A stretch of 64,000 nt of DNA, taken from NCBI GenBank assembly GCA_015484945.1, contig WFUO01000005.1, positions 14,382 to 78,381 on the forward strand. Direction: 5' to 3'. Position numbers and translations under genes: made by a program. Origin of the DNA: Gammaproteobacteria bacterium. Lineage in GTDB: Bacteria > Pseudomonadota > Gammaproteobacteria > WFUO01. The first letter of the stretch is position 1. Each line of letters starts with the position of its first letter. Under the pieces are notes generated by a model that worked only from the letters and a program-made list of their open reading frames with translations, was not told where the DNA came from and ran no database searches. Shown here piece after piece: positions 62,804 to 64,000 of the stretch.

Positions 62804-63412
62804 TCAGGGTTCTATCCACACCAGCACGCCGCTGCTGACCATGTCGAACAACCGGATCACGTCGTCGTTGCGCATGCGTATGCAACCCTTGGAGGCCGGT
62901 TTTCCGATACGCCCCTCTTCATGGGTGCCATGGATATAGATGAAGCGCGCATGCGAATCCACGTCACCGCCACGGTTGCGGCCCGGTTCCAGCCCCTCCA
63001 GCCACAGGATGCGGCTGGTAACGTAGTCGTCGCTGGTGGCGCGGTCATCGTGCACGATGTCGGCGATCCGGTGGGTGTTGACCCGGGCGCGAAAGATCGT
63101 CCCCGCCGGCGCCCCGGCGCCGATGGTCTCGCGGATGCGATGCGCCCCCAGTGGTGTCTGCAGGCTGCCCTTGCGGTTGCCGATGCCCCTGACGGCCGTC
63201 GAGACCGGCCAGTCGGCCACCCAGGCGCCGTTGCGGTAAAGGTACAGGCGCTGTTCGTTGATGCGCACGACGATGACATACCCCCCCGGCGACGGGCCGT
63301 AACGGGTCAGCATCTCGGTGGAAGGATCATCCATGGCCATGGTGGCCAAGGGTAGCACGATCAACAGGCCGAGCAGCAATCGCGCGAGGGAATCAGTACG
63401 AACACTTGCCAT
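62804..63412 (-). CDS. L,D-transpeptidase (YkuD domain)
   Basis: Signal peptide and catalytic motif IYIHGTHEEGRIGKPASKGCIRM. AGGAAGG RBS precedes ATG 63412. Confidence 0.85.
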   Translation of the reverse strand: MASVRTDSLARLLLGLLIVLPLATMAMDDPSTEMLTRYGPSPGGYVIVVRINEQRLYLYRNGAWVADWPVSTAVRGIGNRKGSLQTPLGAHRIRETIGAGAPAGTIFRARVNTHRIADIVHDDRATSDDYVTSRILWLEGLEPGRNRGGDVDSHARFIYIHGTHEEGRIGKPASKGCIRMRNDDVIRLFDMVSSGVLVWIEP

Positions 63413-63758
63413 GGGCCTTCCTGATCCGGTAGCGAATGTACCAGCGCGCCCGTTTTCCCTTGACGAACATCTTGCCCATGCTGCGCGTGCCGTGCGCCTT
63501 GACCAGGCGGAAGGTATCGTGACCGAAGAACGTGGCATCGCCGACGATGTTGCCGGCCGTCACTTTTACACATACATCGAAATCGTTGGTGTTGCGTGCG
63601 CGGTAGCGGATCCCGGCATCGTAGCGTTGCTTTTCAATATATACGCCGGCACGTACACCGCCAATCTTCCACTCGGTTTGTTTCCGAACGTTCCTGTTCA
63701 CACAGCCGCCAAGCAGTAGTGACGCTGCCAGAAACGACAGAATAAAACGGGTCTTCAA
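63393..63758 (-). CDS. Putative lipoprotein
   Basis: Lipobox LLLGGC follows a hydrophobic leader. A probable TTG start at 63758 has GGAG upstream. The 3' end overlaps the L,D-transpeptidase start by 20 nt. Confidence 0.5.
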   Translation of the reverse strand: MKTRFILSFLAASLLLGGCVNRNVRKQTEWKIGGVRAGVYIEKQRYDAGIRYRARNTNDFDVCVKVTAGNIVGDATFFGHDTFRLVKAHGTRSMGKMFVKGKRARWYIRYRIRKAHGKCSY

Positions 63759-63861
63759 GTATCTGCTCCATGTTGTTGCGGGTGTGAATACAGGTATAAA
63801 CGTTTTCGCAACGCTATGCCAGCATCGGCCGCGCAAATCGATTGGAGAGAAGACAAAAGAC

Positions 63862-63935
63862 TGGAGCGGGTGATGGGAATCGAACCCACGTTAGAAGCTT
63901 GGGAAGCTTCTGTTCTACCATTGAACTACACCCGC
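63862..63935 (-). tRNA. tRNA-Gly (anticodon CCC)
   Basis: The reverse complement is GCGGGTGTAGTTCAATGGTAGAACAGAAGCTTCCCAAGCTTCTAACGTGGGTTCGATTCCCATCACCCGCTCCA. It has a 7-bp acceptor stem, D and T arms, anticodon loop TTCCCAA and an encoded CCA. Confidence 0.93.
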
Positions 63936-64000
63936 ATGTACCGCCGGAAAGATACAGGAGAACGGGCATGACCGGCAAGCGGCGGACCGGAGCGGAAGCC

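Overview
GC-rich (by eye about mid-60s % GC, not computed), densely coding chromosomal segment. I call 63 protein-coding genes, one tRNA-Gly(CCC), three hairpin terminators and a few short repeats. I saw no transposase, integrase, phage, rRNA or CRISPR signal, so this reads as core genome rather than an accessory island. The backbone is housekeeping synteny typical of gammaproteobacteria: ftsYEX, two M16 peptidases, rsmD-coaD, msrA, gshA, ggt, mutM, rpmB-rpmG, radC, coaBC-dut-algC-argB, pyrE/xthA, and thiS-thiG-trmB. Phosphoribulokinase, a TusE/DsrC-type sulfur-relay protein, rhodanese domains and NnrS suggest a chemolithoautotrophic, possibly sulfur-oxidising, host; this is inference only. 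Second-messenger genes are frequent: HDOD, PilZ, two GGDEF cyclases (one globin-coupled) and two cNMP-binding proteins. The most unusual locus is 40.5-49.5 kb. It holds a 1691-aa single-pass protein combining two cNMP-binding domains, a rhodanese, an ~800-aa coiled-coil/ER-K helix, a TM helix and a periplasmic FGE-sulfatase-fold domain that lacks the catalytic Cys pair. This gene is followed by a PfkB kinase coupled to a Rieske protein, three small uncharacterised genes, and a stand-alone paralogue of the cNMP-cNMP-rhodanese module. Other oddities are a tandem-fused TusE/DsrC protein, a stand-alone S24 peptidase domain with Lys replaced by Arg, and a globin-coupled cyclase overlapping an orphan hydantoinase-A gene. 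There is also a PepSY-TM-like protein with Asp-box loops in a TonB cluster, and a sensor-less sigma-54 activator. All calls come from reading the translations and DNA by eye. No database search was run, so novelty claims are hypotheses.
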